38,989 bases of DNA. It comes from a virus. This document shows, in pieces, positions 8,223-16,583 of this stretch (position 1 is its first letter; the number at the start of each line of letters is the position of its first letter). Where the stretch lies: IMG/VR virus record IMGVR_UViG_3300048930_000687. One strand, given 5' to 3'. Position numbers and translations under genes: made by a program. Below the pieces are notes generated by a model. The model saw only the letters and a list, made by a program, of their open reading frames with translations. It made no database searches and had not been told where the DNA came from.

Positions 8223-9350
8223 ATGAGTAGCCGCCCTTCTGTCCAAAAAGGGGACCCTGCCAAACTAATACCGCTGAGCGACCTCGCATTTGATCCCGAG
8301 AACCCGCGGCTGCCCAAAGAACTTGATGGATCGGACGAGGCGGCGGTGCTGGACTGGATGATAAAATACGGAGCCATCAATGAGCTGATGGCCTCGATTG
8401 GTATGCAAGGTTTTTTCACTGCGGAGGCCCTGCTCGCGGTTCCGAATCCCAGCGGCGGCTACTGGGTTGTGGAAGGCAACCGACGACTGGCGGCGGCAAA
8501 GCTACTTGTAAACCCAAACCTGGCGCGATCGCGGGCGAACTCAATAAGGGACACCGTAGCTGCGGCGGATCATGCGCCAACCAGGCTTCCGGTCATTGTC
8601 TACCCGGACCGCTCGAAGATCCTCGCTTATCTGGGGTTCCGCCACATTACAGGGGTGAAGCAGTGGGATTCTCTCGCAAAGGCTCGCTACCTTGAGCAGA
8701 TGCGAGTGCAGATGACCAACGACGGTGTTCAAGAAGCTGATATGAATCGCAACTTGGCGAAACTAATCGGAAGTCGTTCCGACTACGTCGAGAGGCTTCT
8801 ATTCGGCTTGAAGGTATACGACCGGATTGTCGAGGAAGTCCTAACTGATTCAGAAGTCAAGGTCGACGAGTCCGAGATCAACTTCTCCGTCCTCACCACC
8901 GCGCTGAACTATACGAGTATCGCCGACTTCGTGGGTTTGAATCGGGAGCAGGGTGTAGAGGGTGTCTCTCGAGAACGCCTTCGCGAACTCACTCAATGGA
9001 CGTTCGAGAAGAGCAAGGACCGACCATCTAGGGTCGGTGAGTCCCGCAACCTTGCCCTCCTCGCACAGGTCGTAGCCGAGGCAGACGCTCTCCAGGTTTT
9101 CCGAGACGGGGCGCCATTGAAGGAGGCGGCCGTTTACGCGAAAGGACCCGGCAAGTTGATGCGCGAGTCCTTGAGCGCAGCACGCAACAACCTTCGCGCG
9201 GCATTTGGTGCCGTCCTGACTGTGCCTGACCTAAACGAATCTGACCGGGCCCGAGCTGAGGAAGTAAGTACTGCAAGCAATCGACTCTTGAAGTTGATTG
9301 AGAGCGTCCTATTGGACGCGGCCAACAAGCAGGATGGGGGCCATGAGTAA
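8223..9350 (+). CDS. ParB/Srx-like N-terminal domain protein with unknown C-terminal region
   Basis: Motif VVEGNRRLAAAKLL resembles the ParB GxRRxxAA box; GGAGGA before the ATG at 8223; visibly lower G+C than surrounding genes; 8-nt overlap with next gene. Confidence 0.65.
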   Translation: MSSRPSVQKGDPAKLIPLSDLAFDPENPRLPKELDGSDEAAVLDWMIKYGAINELMASIGMQGFFTAEALLAVPNPSGGYWVVEGNRRLAAAKLLVNPNLARSRANSIRDTVAAADHAPTRLPVIVYPDRSKILAYLGFRHITGVKQWDSLAKARYLEQMRVQMTNDGVQEADMNRNLAKLIGSRSDYVERLLFGLKVYDRIVEEVLTDSEVKVDESEINFSVLTTALNYTSIADFVGLNREQGVEGVSRERLRELTQWTFEKSKDRPSRVGESRNLALLAQVVAEADALQVFRDGAPLKEAAVYAKGPGKLMRESLSAARNNLRAAFGAVLTVPDLNESDRARAEEVSTASNRLLKLIESVLLDAANKQDGGHE

Positions 9351-10371
9351 CGCCAGGCAGCTGCTTACGGCTGAACGGCGACCGACTATCCGGAAGATGG
9401 ACACGCATATGCACGCAGACTTTGCTGAAGTGCTATGCCTGGTGAACCCCGACCATGACATCTCAAGCTCGGACATACTCGACCGCTTCGCAGAGCGACG
9501 TGACCTGGGCGAGGAGTTCGAGGAGGCCGACATTGATCCGGAGTTAGCATTTGGTGTTGCCGGCAACTACGAACTGCCTACTGAGCAGCCCGTGGATGGG
9601 GAGTGCGAAGAGATCGATCAAATTAGTGAGCAACTCGTGCTCCGCCAGAGGCTCCTGGGAAGCGCCTATCCTTTTCGGCTCACGGTAACCGGATCGAGCT
9701 TCCGCCTCGCTCGCAAGCAGAAGCTCCACAAAGTGCACCTACTCTACCTGTTCCTACTGATTGCTTCGGATCTCACTCGCATCAACAACCCCACCTACTC
9801 GCGACGGTTTACTAGCGCATTTGAGCGGCTTGCAGGCGAGATGATGCGACGGCTGCTACCGTCCGGAGCCCAGGTTCACCTCTTTGGCACCGCCGCACAG
9901 AAGGGTGAATTGTTCCACGGTGGTCGCCTCGGTGATCGAATGGAACTCTTGGCTAAGCACTTACGCGGTGTCTCTAAGCTGGATAGGAACCATTCTGGGT
10001 CCTCTGGCGACGCCGGCATTGACATCGTCGGCTGGGTGCCAATGGGCGATGCGGGCGACGGCCTGCTAGTTTTGATGGGCGGTGCAACGTGCTCATACAA
10101 GAACTGGGAGAACAAGGTCTATAGTACGTCTTACGGCAGATTGAAGGAAAAGGTCCAGATTCGCGTCCCTAGCGTGAATGTGACATTCATTCCGTTTTTC
10201 ATGCGTACGTCCTCCGGCGATTGGCATAGGGCCGACGAACTCGGTGAAGCTCTCCTGGTGGACAGGCTCCGTCTCATCAAGGGTTTGGCTAAGGCCGGCG
10301 ACGTAATTGAATCCATCGGCGTAAAGCGGGAGCTCCGCGACATTCTTCAAATAAGAGAGACCACCGTCTAG
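9343..10371 (+). CDS. Hypothetical protein, candidate nuclease partner of the methyltransferase
   Basis: 342 aa; acidic N-terminal region; segment GDAGIDIVGW...GGATCSYK loosely resembles Mrr/PD-(D/E)xK-type catalytic cores; sits immediately upstream of a C5-MTase gene. Confidence 0.5.
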   Translation: MSNARQLLTAERRPTIRKMDTHMHADFAEVLCLVNPDHDISSSDILDRFAERRDLGEEFEEADIDPELAFGVAGNYELPTEQPVDGECEEIDQISEQLVLRQRLLGSAYPFRLTVTGSSFRLARKQKLHKVHLLYLFLLIASDLTRINNPTYSRRFTSAFERLAGEMMRRLLPSGAQVHLFGTAAQKGELFHGGRLGDRMELLAKHLRGVSKLDRNHSGSSGDAGIDIVGWVPMGDAGDGLLVLMGGATCSYKNWENKVYSTSYGRLKEKVQIRVPSVNVTFIPFFMRTSSGDWHRADELGEALLVDRLRLIKGLAKAGDVIESIGVKRELRDILQIRETTV

Positions 10372-10386
10372 AATAGATTGGCGTCC

Positions 10387-11361
10387 ATGACTCAGGTCCT
10401 CAAATCCGCCGTTTCACTCTTCTCGGGGTGCGGCGGGTTCGACTGGGGCGTGAAGAGCGCCGGTGTCGACATCATCTGGGCGAACGACATCGACCCTCAC
10501 GCGGCCGCTGCCTACAAAGCCCTGTTCCCCGAAACCGAGTTCCATCTCGGCGACGTAAGAGACATCGCGACCTTCCCCGAAGCTGACGTTCTCATAGGTT
10601 GCTATCCATGTACGGGCTTCAGTCTCGGCTCACGGCGACGCAACCGCGATGGCGCCGACAGGGACCTCAAAGCGAACGGCGGCAACTATCTGTACGAGGA
10701 ATTCGTCAGGGCCCTATCAGTCGTGCAGCCGGCGGTCTTCTTCATCGAGAACGTCGGTGGCATGACCACTGCGTCTGACGGTTGGTTTTTCGAGAAGCAG
10801 TTGACCGAGTTCAGGCGCCAAGGATACGTCGTCAACCACAAGGTCCTAGACGCGTCAAGTTTCGGAGCAGCACAGACCCGCAAGCGACTCTTCATCGTCG
10901 GCGTCAAGCAAGAACTCGGCACAAGCTTCACTTTCCCCGAACCCACACATGGTCAGGCTGACGACCTGAAGGCACTAGCAAGCCTCCGGTCGGCGCTAAC
11001 AAATGTGAAGACTGATGTTGACACCGAGGTCTTCAACTTCAAGTTTCACGGTCATTACCTGACGAGAAACCGGAAACGCCCATGGGAAAGCCCCAGTTAC
11101 ACCATTGTCGCTAACGCACACCACGTTCCCCTCCACCCGTCCGGTGAACCAATGCGCCGCGTTGGAGTGGATCATTGGGAGCTCCAGGGCGACGTGAACC
11201 GTCGGCTCTCATGGCGCGAATGTGCCGCAATACAAGGCCTTCCCCCACAAGTAGCGCCGTCGGGAACACTGCTCGACAAGTACAGGGTCGTAGGCAACGC
11301 AGTACCTCCCGTTTTCGGGAAGACCTTGATGGAAGAGGCCACAGCACAGTTCGGCAGTTGA
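10387..11361 (+). CDS. DNA (cytosine-5)-methyltransferase
   Basis: C5-MTase motifs: FSGCGG (I), GCYPCTGFS (IV, catalytic Cys), FFIENV (VI), QTRKRLFIVG (VIII), GNAVPP (X); start could be TTG at 10378. Confidence 0.9.
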   Translation: MTQVLKSAVSLFSGCGGFDWGVKSAGVDIIWANDIDPHAAAAYKALFPETEFHLGDVRDIATFPEADVLIGCYPCTGFSLGSRRRNRDGADRDLKANGGNYLYEEFVRALSVVQPAVFFIENVGGMTTASDGWFFEKQLTEFRRQGYVVNHKVLDASSFGAAQTRKRLFIVGVKQELGTSFTFPEPTHGQADDLKALASLRSALTNVKTDVDTEVFNFKFHGHYLTRNRKRPWESPSYTIVANAHHVPLHPSGEPMRRVGVDHWELQGDVNRRLSWRECAAIQGLPPQVAPSGTLLDKYRVVGNAVPPVFGKTLMEEATAQFGS

Positions 11362-11444
11362 AACGGAGCCCTGAGGACGGCAGATTCTCCGACTCTAGAG
11401 GCTGAACCATACGGACGCCAACCATAGTTCACCGGGGAGGAATA

Positions 11445-11546
11445 ATGACCAGCAGAGTATGTATAGACGGTGAGGGCACCAATCGTTTACTTGACGGTCG
11501 GTTGACTCGCGTCACCGTCGGTTTGGTCCCGGACGATGTCCCGTAA
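11445..11546 (+). CDS. Small upstream ORF (33 aa) overlapping the integrase start
   Basis: ATG preceded by GGGGAGGAATA; my translation MTSRVCIDGEGTNRLLDGRLTRVTVGLVPDDVP; stop lies 8 nt inside int. Confidence 0.3.
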   Translation: MTSRVCIDGEGTNRLLDGRLTRVTVGLVPDDVP

Positions 11547-12831
11547 GCGCAATCGTCGCGCGCCGGGCGAGGGCGCCATCTACGAACGCCCCGACCGCGG
11601 CACCTGGGTGGCGGCCATCGTGATCGCCTTCGACGAGCACGGACGCCCAATCAGACGCACGAAGACCACGCGCACGAAGACCGAAGCCATGGCCTGGCTC
11701 ACCGCCCAGCAGGCAGCGCTCAACAGCGGCTTGAAGCTCGGGGAGAACGCGACCCTGCAGGAGGTCGTCGACGAGTGGATGGCCGCCGGCCAAGCCCTGC
11801 GCGGCTGGGGTACCAGCACCGTGACGTCATACCGAGCCACCATCGCGAAGATCCTCCCACGCCTCGGACGCATGCGGGCCCGCGACCTCGACCCAGCCCT
11901 CATCGAGCGAACCCTCCTCGACCTCACCCGCAACGGCGCCTCACCCGCCATGGTGGCTCGCGTCCGCAGCCACCTGGCCATGGCCTTGAGGTACGCACTA
12001 CGCAAGCGCCTAATCGAGCGCGACCCGATGCTTGGCGTGGACGCACCGACCACACCGGCTCCACAGATCCAACGATGGAGCGAGGCGGAGGCCGGCAGGA
12101 TCGTCCGCGAATGCCTCGACCGGGACGACCAGACCGCCAGGTACGTGCTGGTGGCACTCGGCACCGGTCTCCGAACGGAGGAACTGCTGGGTCTCGCCTG
12201 GTCGAGCGTTGACCTCGAGGAGCGCATCCTGCTTGTCGAGCGCGTGGCGATCGAGGTCGCCGGCAGGAAGGAGCTCCGGGCGGGCGGCAAGACCGAAGCC
12301 GCCAACCGCCCGGTGCCGATCGACGAGCTGACAGCCGCAGCCCTGGCGCGGCAGGCCGAGCATGTGGAGCACTTGCGCGGCGCCCGGGCGCACCTGGATG
12401 CCAAGCGGGTCGCCGAGGGCCTCCAGTCGCTCGGCTGGGCTGATCTCGACCTGGTGTTCCCGTCGTCGGTCGGAACGGTCGTGAGCCGCAAGACGCTCCG
12501 GGCCGGGTTCGGCGATCTGCAGGAGCGCACGGGCGTGACGCGCATCAAGCTCTACGCCACGCGATCCACGCACGGGAGTCTGTTGGCCGATGCGGGAGTC
12601 AACCTGCACGCGCTGGCCGAGCGCATGGGGCACGCCGACCGGCGTTACCTGGCCAAGAAGTACCTGCGGGGAAGCACGTCGGCGCACCGCGCAGTCGCCG
12701 AGCAGATAGGGCAGATCCTTGGTAGCACGCTGGTAGCAGGAGCCTCTCCGGAGAGCGTCTCGGAAGGTCACGAACCGGCAGGAGAGGGAGCGCGGAACAC
12801 GCGGGAAGTGCGACGGGAGGCCAGTAATTGA
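11536..12831 (+). CDS. int: Tyrosine-type site-specific integrase
   Basis: 431 aa; N-terminal arm-binding-like region, core with GLRTEELLGLAW, C-terminal HGSLL / MGHADRRYLAKKY consistent with the R-H-R-Y catalytic arrangement; followed by a tRNA 3' fragment. Confidence 0.9.
   Translation: MSRKRNRRAPGEGAIYERPDRGTWVAAIVIAFDEHGRPIRRTKTTRTKTEAMAWLTAQQAALNSGLKLGENATLQEVVDEWMAAGQALRGWGTSTVTSYRATIAKILPRLGRMRARDLDPALIERTLLDLTRNGASPAMVARVRSHLAMALRYALRKRLIERDPMLGVDAPTTPAPQIQRWSEAEAGRIVRECLDRDDQTARYVLVALGTGLRTEELLGLAWSSVDLEERILLVERVAIEVAGRKELRAGGKTEAANRPVPIDELTAAALARQAEHVEHLRGARAHLDAKRVAEGLQSLGWADLDLVFPSSVGTVVSRKTLRAGFGDLQERTGVTRIKLYATRSTHGSLLADAGVNLHALAERMGHADRRYLAKKYLRGSTSAHRAVAEQIGQILGSTLVAGASPESVSEGHEPAGEGARNTREVRREASN
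12721..12744. repeat. Direct repeat copy A (GGTAGCACGCTGGTAGCAGGA), candidate integrase arm-type site
   Basis: 19 of 21 positions identical to copy at 12969-12992; contains GGTAGCA twice 11 bp apart. Confidence 0.4.
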
Positions 12832-12869
12832 CTCGCGGTACGGGCCGGGGCAGGCATGCGCGCGCCCAT

Positions 12870-12913
<44 letters not shown>

Positions 12914-12926
12914 GAAATACCGTGCA

Positions 12927-12962
12927 GGACGGCGTCGATTTGAGACGCCGTCCTTCTACTTC
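12927..12962 (+). terminator. Rho-independent terminator-like hairpin
   Basis: GGACGGCGTC-gatttga-GACGCCGTCC stem-loop followed by TTCTACTTC. Confidence 0.5.
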
Positions 12963-12968
12963 GCCCCT

Positions 12969-12992
12969 GGTAGCAGGGTGGTAGCAGGATGC
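12969..12992. repeat. Direct repeat copy B (GGTAGCAGGGTGGTAGCAGGA), candidate integrase arm-type site
   Basis: Near-identical to copy A; the two copies flank the tRNA-like core. Confidence 0.4.
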
Positions 12993-13100
12993 ACCTAGAA
13001 CGGCTGGGCTCAGACCACCTACGGCGTCAGGATTCGGTAAGCCCCGAGGCGTGTAGAGTAGGTCCACGTGACAAGATTGATGGCAGGAGGGAGAGTGCAG

Positions 13101-13301
13101 ATGTCCAACAAGACCCAGGTCATCACTTCGGGCATGCTTCGCTCGCTAGACACCTTCGGCGCAGGACGCCAAGATCAGAGAATCATTGAAGAGTCCAAGA
13201 CCCTCAGCTCCACCACCCCGCGGGAGCAGATGCGAGACCGCTGGGTAAGAGTCGGCCAGTATTTGGGGAGGAACGCACGGCTCCTTCACGAGCGTGGCTA
13301 A
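13101..13301 (+). CDS. Hypothetical small protein (66 aa)
   Basis: ATG preceded by GGAGGGAG; visibly lower G+C than phage core genes; track ORF starts at GTG 13068. Confidence 0.4.
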   Translation: MSNKTQVITSGMLRSLDTFGAGRQDQRIIEESKTLSSTTPREQMRDRWVRVGQYLGRNARLLHERG

Positions 13302-13827
13302 GAAGCGCAAGGGCGAACGCCAACCGCGACTTAAACTTCAGCCAACTGGCGAGTTAACAACGCCACCTCCCACCGCAGTTGAGGAAGTCCTTGAGGAGCT
13401 TGAGCCTCGGCAGAAGCAGGTTATCCAAGAGTGGATTTCCTATGCCTTCAGCGGCCCGTTGCCACCACCCAACATCGTCTCTGGCTACGACCAGATCATC
13501 ACCAACGGCGCGGATCGCATCATGGAGATGGCAGAACGTGACCAAGAGCATGTTCATGGCCTTGAGAATGCACATTCGGCTCGACTAGACAGGTTCCTCG
13601 ACAGCGACATTCGGCTCGCTCGTAACGCGCAGTTACTGGGCGGCGTTTTGTTCACCCTGATGATCGTTGCGGCTCTATTATTCGCGTTCCTAGACAAGCT
13701 GCCTGTGGCGCTAGGCACCGTTCTTTCGGCGGGACTGGTCCAAGTTGGGACCTGGTTGCTCAATCGGTATTCAAACCGCCAGCCGACTAAACCCGAACAG
13801 GACAAGGCAGAGCCCAAGGGCAAGTAG
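13294..13827 (+). CDS. DUF2335-like membrane protein
   Basis: Motif LPPPNIVSGYDQIITNGADRIMEMAE resembles DUF2335 (from memory); two C-terminal hydrophobic helices; GTG start overlaps previous ORF. Confidence 0.55.
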   Translation: MAKKRKGERQPRLKLQPTGELTTPPPTAVEEVLEELEPRQKQVIQEWISYAFSGPLPPPNIVSGYDQIITNGADRIMEMAERDQEHVHGLENAHSARLDRFLDSDIRLARNAQLLGGVLFTLMIVAALLFAFLDKLPVALGTVLSAGLVQVGTWLLNRYSNRQPTKPEQDKAEPKGK

Positions 13828-13897
13828 CCGCTTCGTTTCAGCGCTCCCGGTCTGTGTACTCACGTCTCGACCTCCGTAGCGGAAGGCGCTCCATCTC

Positions 13898-14185
13898 TCA
13901 TGGCAGCCCGGCAGCCAGTCTCCTGAGCGTCTCGAGGATGGCTATACCGAGTCCTCCACCGAGCAGGCTGACGATGATCCCGACGGCGATGACGGCCGCC
14001 CTAGCGCCCTTCAGTTGTGACTTCGCTGACTCCCATTCCTTGAGCATCCTCACGACCTCCTGATCTCTGAGTTCGAGTTGGCGGAGGCGGGCAGCTAGGC
14101 CAGGGCGGCCGTTGCCGTCCCCCCTGACCATCTCGTCGATCTCGTCCACGTCACGACGCAGGGTCGTGAGCATCACCTGGTCCAT
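13898..14185 (-). CDS. Membrane-anchored coiled-coil protein (lysis cassette accessory)
   Basis: 95 aa; N-terminal coiled-coil-like region and C-terminal TM helix AAVIAVGIIVSLLGGGLGIAIL; GGAGGGGAG before the ATG. Confidence 0.5.
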   Translation of the reverse strand: MDQVMLTTLRRDVDEIDEMVRGDGNGRPGLAARLRQLELRDQEVVRMLKEWESAKSQLKGARAAVIAVGIIVSLLGGGLGIAILETLRRLAAGLP

Positions 14186-14283
14186 CTCCCCTCCTGGGTG
14201 GGGGTGCCCGATAGGTGGGCGGTAGCGTCAGATAGCGTCGCCGGTCGGTTTGTCGACGACCGGCGACAAGTTGTGGGTCCGCG

Positions 14284-14367
14284 TTAGTCGCGGGGTCGGA
14301 TGCGCCCGGCGATGCCCATCAGGAGCACGCCAGCAGCGAAGCCGATCACTAGACTCAGGACGTCCAT
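14284..14367 (-). CDS. Small hydrophobic peptide (27 aa)
   Basis: Internal ATG of track ORF 14284-14484, preceded by GAGGAGG; MDVLSLVIGFAAGVLLMGIAGRIRPRD. Confidence 0.35.
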   Translation of the reverse strand: MDVLSLVIGFAAGVLLMGIAGRIRPRD

Positions 14368-14378
14368 GGAACCTCCTC

Positions 14379-14759
14379 TCAGAACCTGGTGGTGAACCCA
14401 ACGCGTAACCAGTCGCTTACGCCGATGGGCGGGATGATCTCGGGCATGCGCACGTCGAGCCACACGCCGCCCCACGCCTCCCACCAGGCGAGCGTGAGGT
14501 ACCCGGCAACGCTCGCGTTGGGGTCGGGACTGAGTGCGGCGCGGGCCTCAAGGCCGATGAGCACCTCCACGGGTCCGAGCGTGGCGATGGTCGTCTCGAT
14601 GTAGCAGAGGCCCGCCCAGGCCGGAGCTGCTACTTGGCAGGTGAGCGTGCGCGTCGGAGGTGCCACGGGATCTAGGACGGCCCCGGGCTCGTCACCTGCT
14701 TGGGCGGCTGCGGACCCTAGCAGCATCGCTGCGAGGACCCCGATCAGGATGCGGCGCAC
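14379..14759 (-). CDS. Secreted protein with signal peptide (possible outer-membrane or spanin-like lysis accessory)
   Basis: N-terminal MRRILIGVLAAMLLGSAAAQA signal-peptide-like sequence; C-terminal aromatic residue (..TTRF). Confidence 0.55.
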   Translation of the reverse strand: MRRILIGVLAAMLLGSAAAQAGDEPGAVLDPVAPPTRTLTCQVAAPAWAGLCYIETTIATLGPVEVLIGLEARAALSPDPNASVAGYLTLAWWEAWGGVWLDVRMPEIIPPIGVSDWLRVGFTTRF

Positions 14760-15122
14760 TCACCCCTCCGAGGGCGCCGCCCCCGACTTTGGGAGCACCT
14801 TCGCCCCCTGATCGATCAGAGTCGCACCGAACCCGGCTGACACGCCGAACGCCAGCCACTCGACGAGGCTCGACCCGAGACCCTCATACCCACCAACGCC
14901 GAGCGCCACAGCGAGGCCAGCGCCAACGCCGATGCTGGCGAAGATGACGGCGACACCGTCGAGCTGCTTGAGGATGTTCGCGCGCAAGAACTTCACGGTG
15001 GCCCACACGACCGCGGCGAGAGCACCGGTGCTAAGCACCCAGGCGGCGGGGTCGCGCAGGTCTTCGGACAAGCCGATGACGTTGGCCAGAAGCGCAAGCA
15101 AGAGGGGGATGAGCTTGGACAC
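14760..15122 (-). CDS. Holin-like multi-pass membrane protein
   Basis: 120 aa with three to four hydrophobic helices; GTG start preceded by GGAGGT; next to an endolysin-like gene. Confidence 0.5.
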   Translation of the reverse strand: MSKLIPLLLALLANVIGLSEDLRDPAAWVLSTGALAAVVWATVKFLRANILKQLDGVAVIFASIGVGAGLAVALGVGGYEGLGSSLVEWLAFGVSAGFGATLIDQGAKVLPKSGAAPSEG

Positions 15123-15139
15123 GGTTGGTTACCTCCATG

Positions 15140-15270
15140 GGAAAGGCCCGCACGTGGCGGGCCGTGTTGCGTGTTTGGCGATTCAGCGGAATAAGACGGG
15201 AATAAGACGAACGGCACGTCTTATTCGCCCCTCGGCGGGAGGCGTTGAGGCTCGTCGCCGAGGGGCGCTG
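15140..15270 (-). promoter_or_regulatory. Cluster of hairpins and AATAAGACG repeats between holin and endolysin genes
   Basis: GGCCCGC-acgtg-GCGGGCC hairpin; GGAATAAGACG twice direct plus once inverted; GCCCCTCGGCG ... CGCCGAGGGGC 11-bp stem. Confidence 0.4.
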
Positions 15271-15445
15271 CGCACTCGAATGCGATGACGCTCTGTGCGG
15301 CGGGCCAAGGCCGCCGAGTGGACCACCTCCTCTCCTGGACACGTCGTAGACGACACGAGCGAACCGCCGAGGAATCCTCGGCAGTTGGTGTCAACGCGCG
15401 CGAGGGATGCGCCGCATGAGCCTGCGTCTCAACCAGCGCAGGGCA

Positions 15446-15925
15446 CTAGGGCTCACGAAGACGCGCCACGAGAGTCCAGCCGCGACTCCCGTACGGTGTC
15501 AGGCTCAAGCAGCCGGGCAGGTTGATGCTGTCAGGCCGATAGCGAGGATCCACGCTCTCCACGACCCAGTTGCGATCGAGGAGGATGCCGACGTGACCAA
15601 CCGGTTCGCTGGCTAGGTGGTTGAAGACGAGGTCGCCGCCGGCCCGGAGCAGTCCCGGCACCGCGAAGCCGAGCTGCTTCGCGCTGGCCTCGAGGTCGCT
15701 CGCCCATGGGTCTGCGCGCGCCTCGGCCAGTCGCTGCTGGGGTGTGCCACCTCTGCGGGTCGTGCCGGCCACGAGAAACTTCGTGTAGAACTCATGGCTG
15801 GGCACCTTCAGGGCGTGCTCGGCCACCACCCGGACGAACGCCAGGCAGAGTCCCGGTCGAGTCGGAACGCCGGGGATCTTCGCGGCGAGGGCGAGCTTGG
15901 CGCTCGCGACCAGCAATTGGTTCAA
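15446..15925 (-). CDS. Putative endolysin / cell-wall hydrolase (CHAP or NlpC/P60-like cysteine peptidase)
   Basis: 159 aa; Cys (GLCLAFVR) and His (GDLVFNH...GHVGILLD) arrangement resembles CHAP/NlpC-P60 folds; TTG start preceded by GGAGGT. Confidence 0.55.
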   Translation of the reverse strand: MNQLLVASAKLALAAKIPGVPTRPGLCLAFVRVVAEHALKVPSHEFYTKFLVAGTTRRGGTPQQRLAEARADPWASDLEASAKQLGFAVPGLLRAGGDLVFNHLASEPVGHVGILLDRNWVVESVDPRYRPDSINLPGCLSLTPYGSRGWTLVARLREP

Positions 15926-15937
15926 GGGCGACCTCCA

Positions 15938-15966
15938 ATGGAAAAGCCCCGCCGTGGGGCGGGGCG
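15938..15966 (-). terminator. GC hairpin with T-tract on minus strand, immediately upstream of the endolysin RBS
   Basis: GCCCCGCC-gtgg-GGCGGGGC followed (minus-strand sense) by TTTTCC and then ATTGGAGGT. Confidence 0.4.
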
Positions 15967-16004
15967 TCAGACGACTGTCAGACCGCAGGGCTTAACCTGC
16001 TGAT

Positions 16005-16487
16005 ATGAACAAACTGTGGGGAGCCTTATTGATTGCGTTATCTCTGGGGGTTGGGTTTGCTCAGAAGTACGGCGTGTGGACCTACAATGAGACCGTAGAT
16101 CTCATCACCGATGAGAAGCGCTCTCTTGTCTTCGCAGGTGCTAGTGAGTACCCCGAGTATGCGAGAGATGCCGCCTTGTCCATTGGGTGCGTTGCTGGGG
16201 ATTGGGTGGTTGTCTTCATGGCGGACCGTTACATTGGTTCGGCCGAACGCGTCGAGGCGGTCTATAGGGTTGACGCCCGCGAACCCGTATCGACATCGTG
16301 GATTGTGCTCAACAGCGGTGAGGCGATCGTCCTTGAACCGACTCGCGTTCCAGCGCTACTGGCGGAGTTAGCTGTGGCGAATCGCTTCGTGATTCGTATT
16401 TCACCCACATACACCATCCCTCTGACGTACGTGATTCCCACGAGCGGCGCTCAGGCGGCTCTGGGGGCGTTAACGGACTGTAACTAG
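16005..16487 (+). CDS. Secreted protein of unknown function (moron candidate)
   Basis: 160 aa; N-terminal signal peptide MNKLWGALLIALSLGVGFAQ; opposite orientation to flanking late and lysis genes; visibly lower G+C. Confidence 0.6.
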   Translation: MNKLWGALLIALSLGVGFAQKYGVWTYNETVDLITDEKRSLVFAGASEYPEYARDAALSIGCVAGDWVVVFMADRYIGSAERVEAVYRVDAREPVSTSWIVLNSGEAIVLEPTRVPALLAELAVANRFVIRISPTYTIPLTYVIPTSGAQAALGALTDCN

Positions 16488-16583
16488 GGCGGGCCCAACC
16501 AGGCGCCGCGAAACCCTAGAGGCTGGTGCCGTCCAGGTTCAGCCAGCTAGTGCCGTCGTTGATGATGACGCGTCCGCTGGCGT

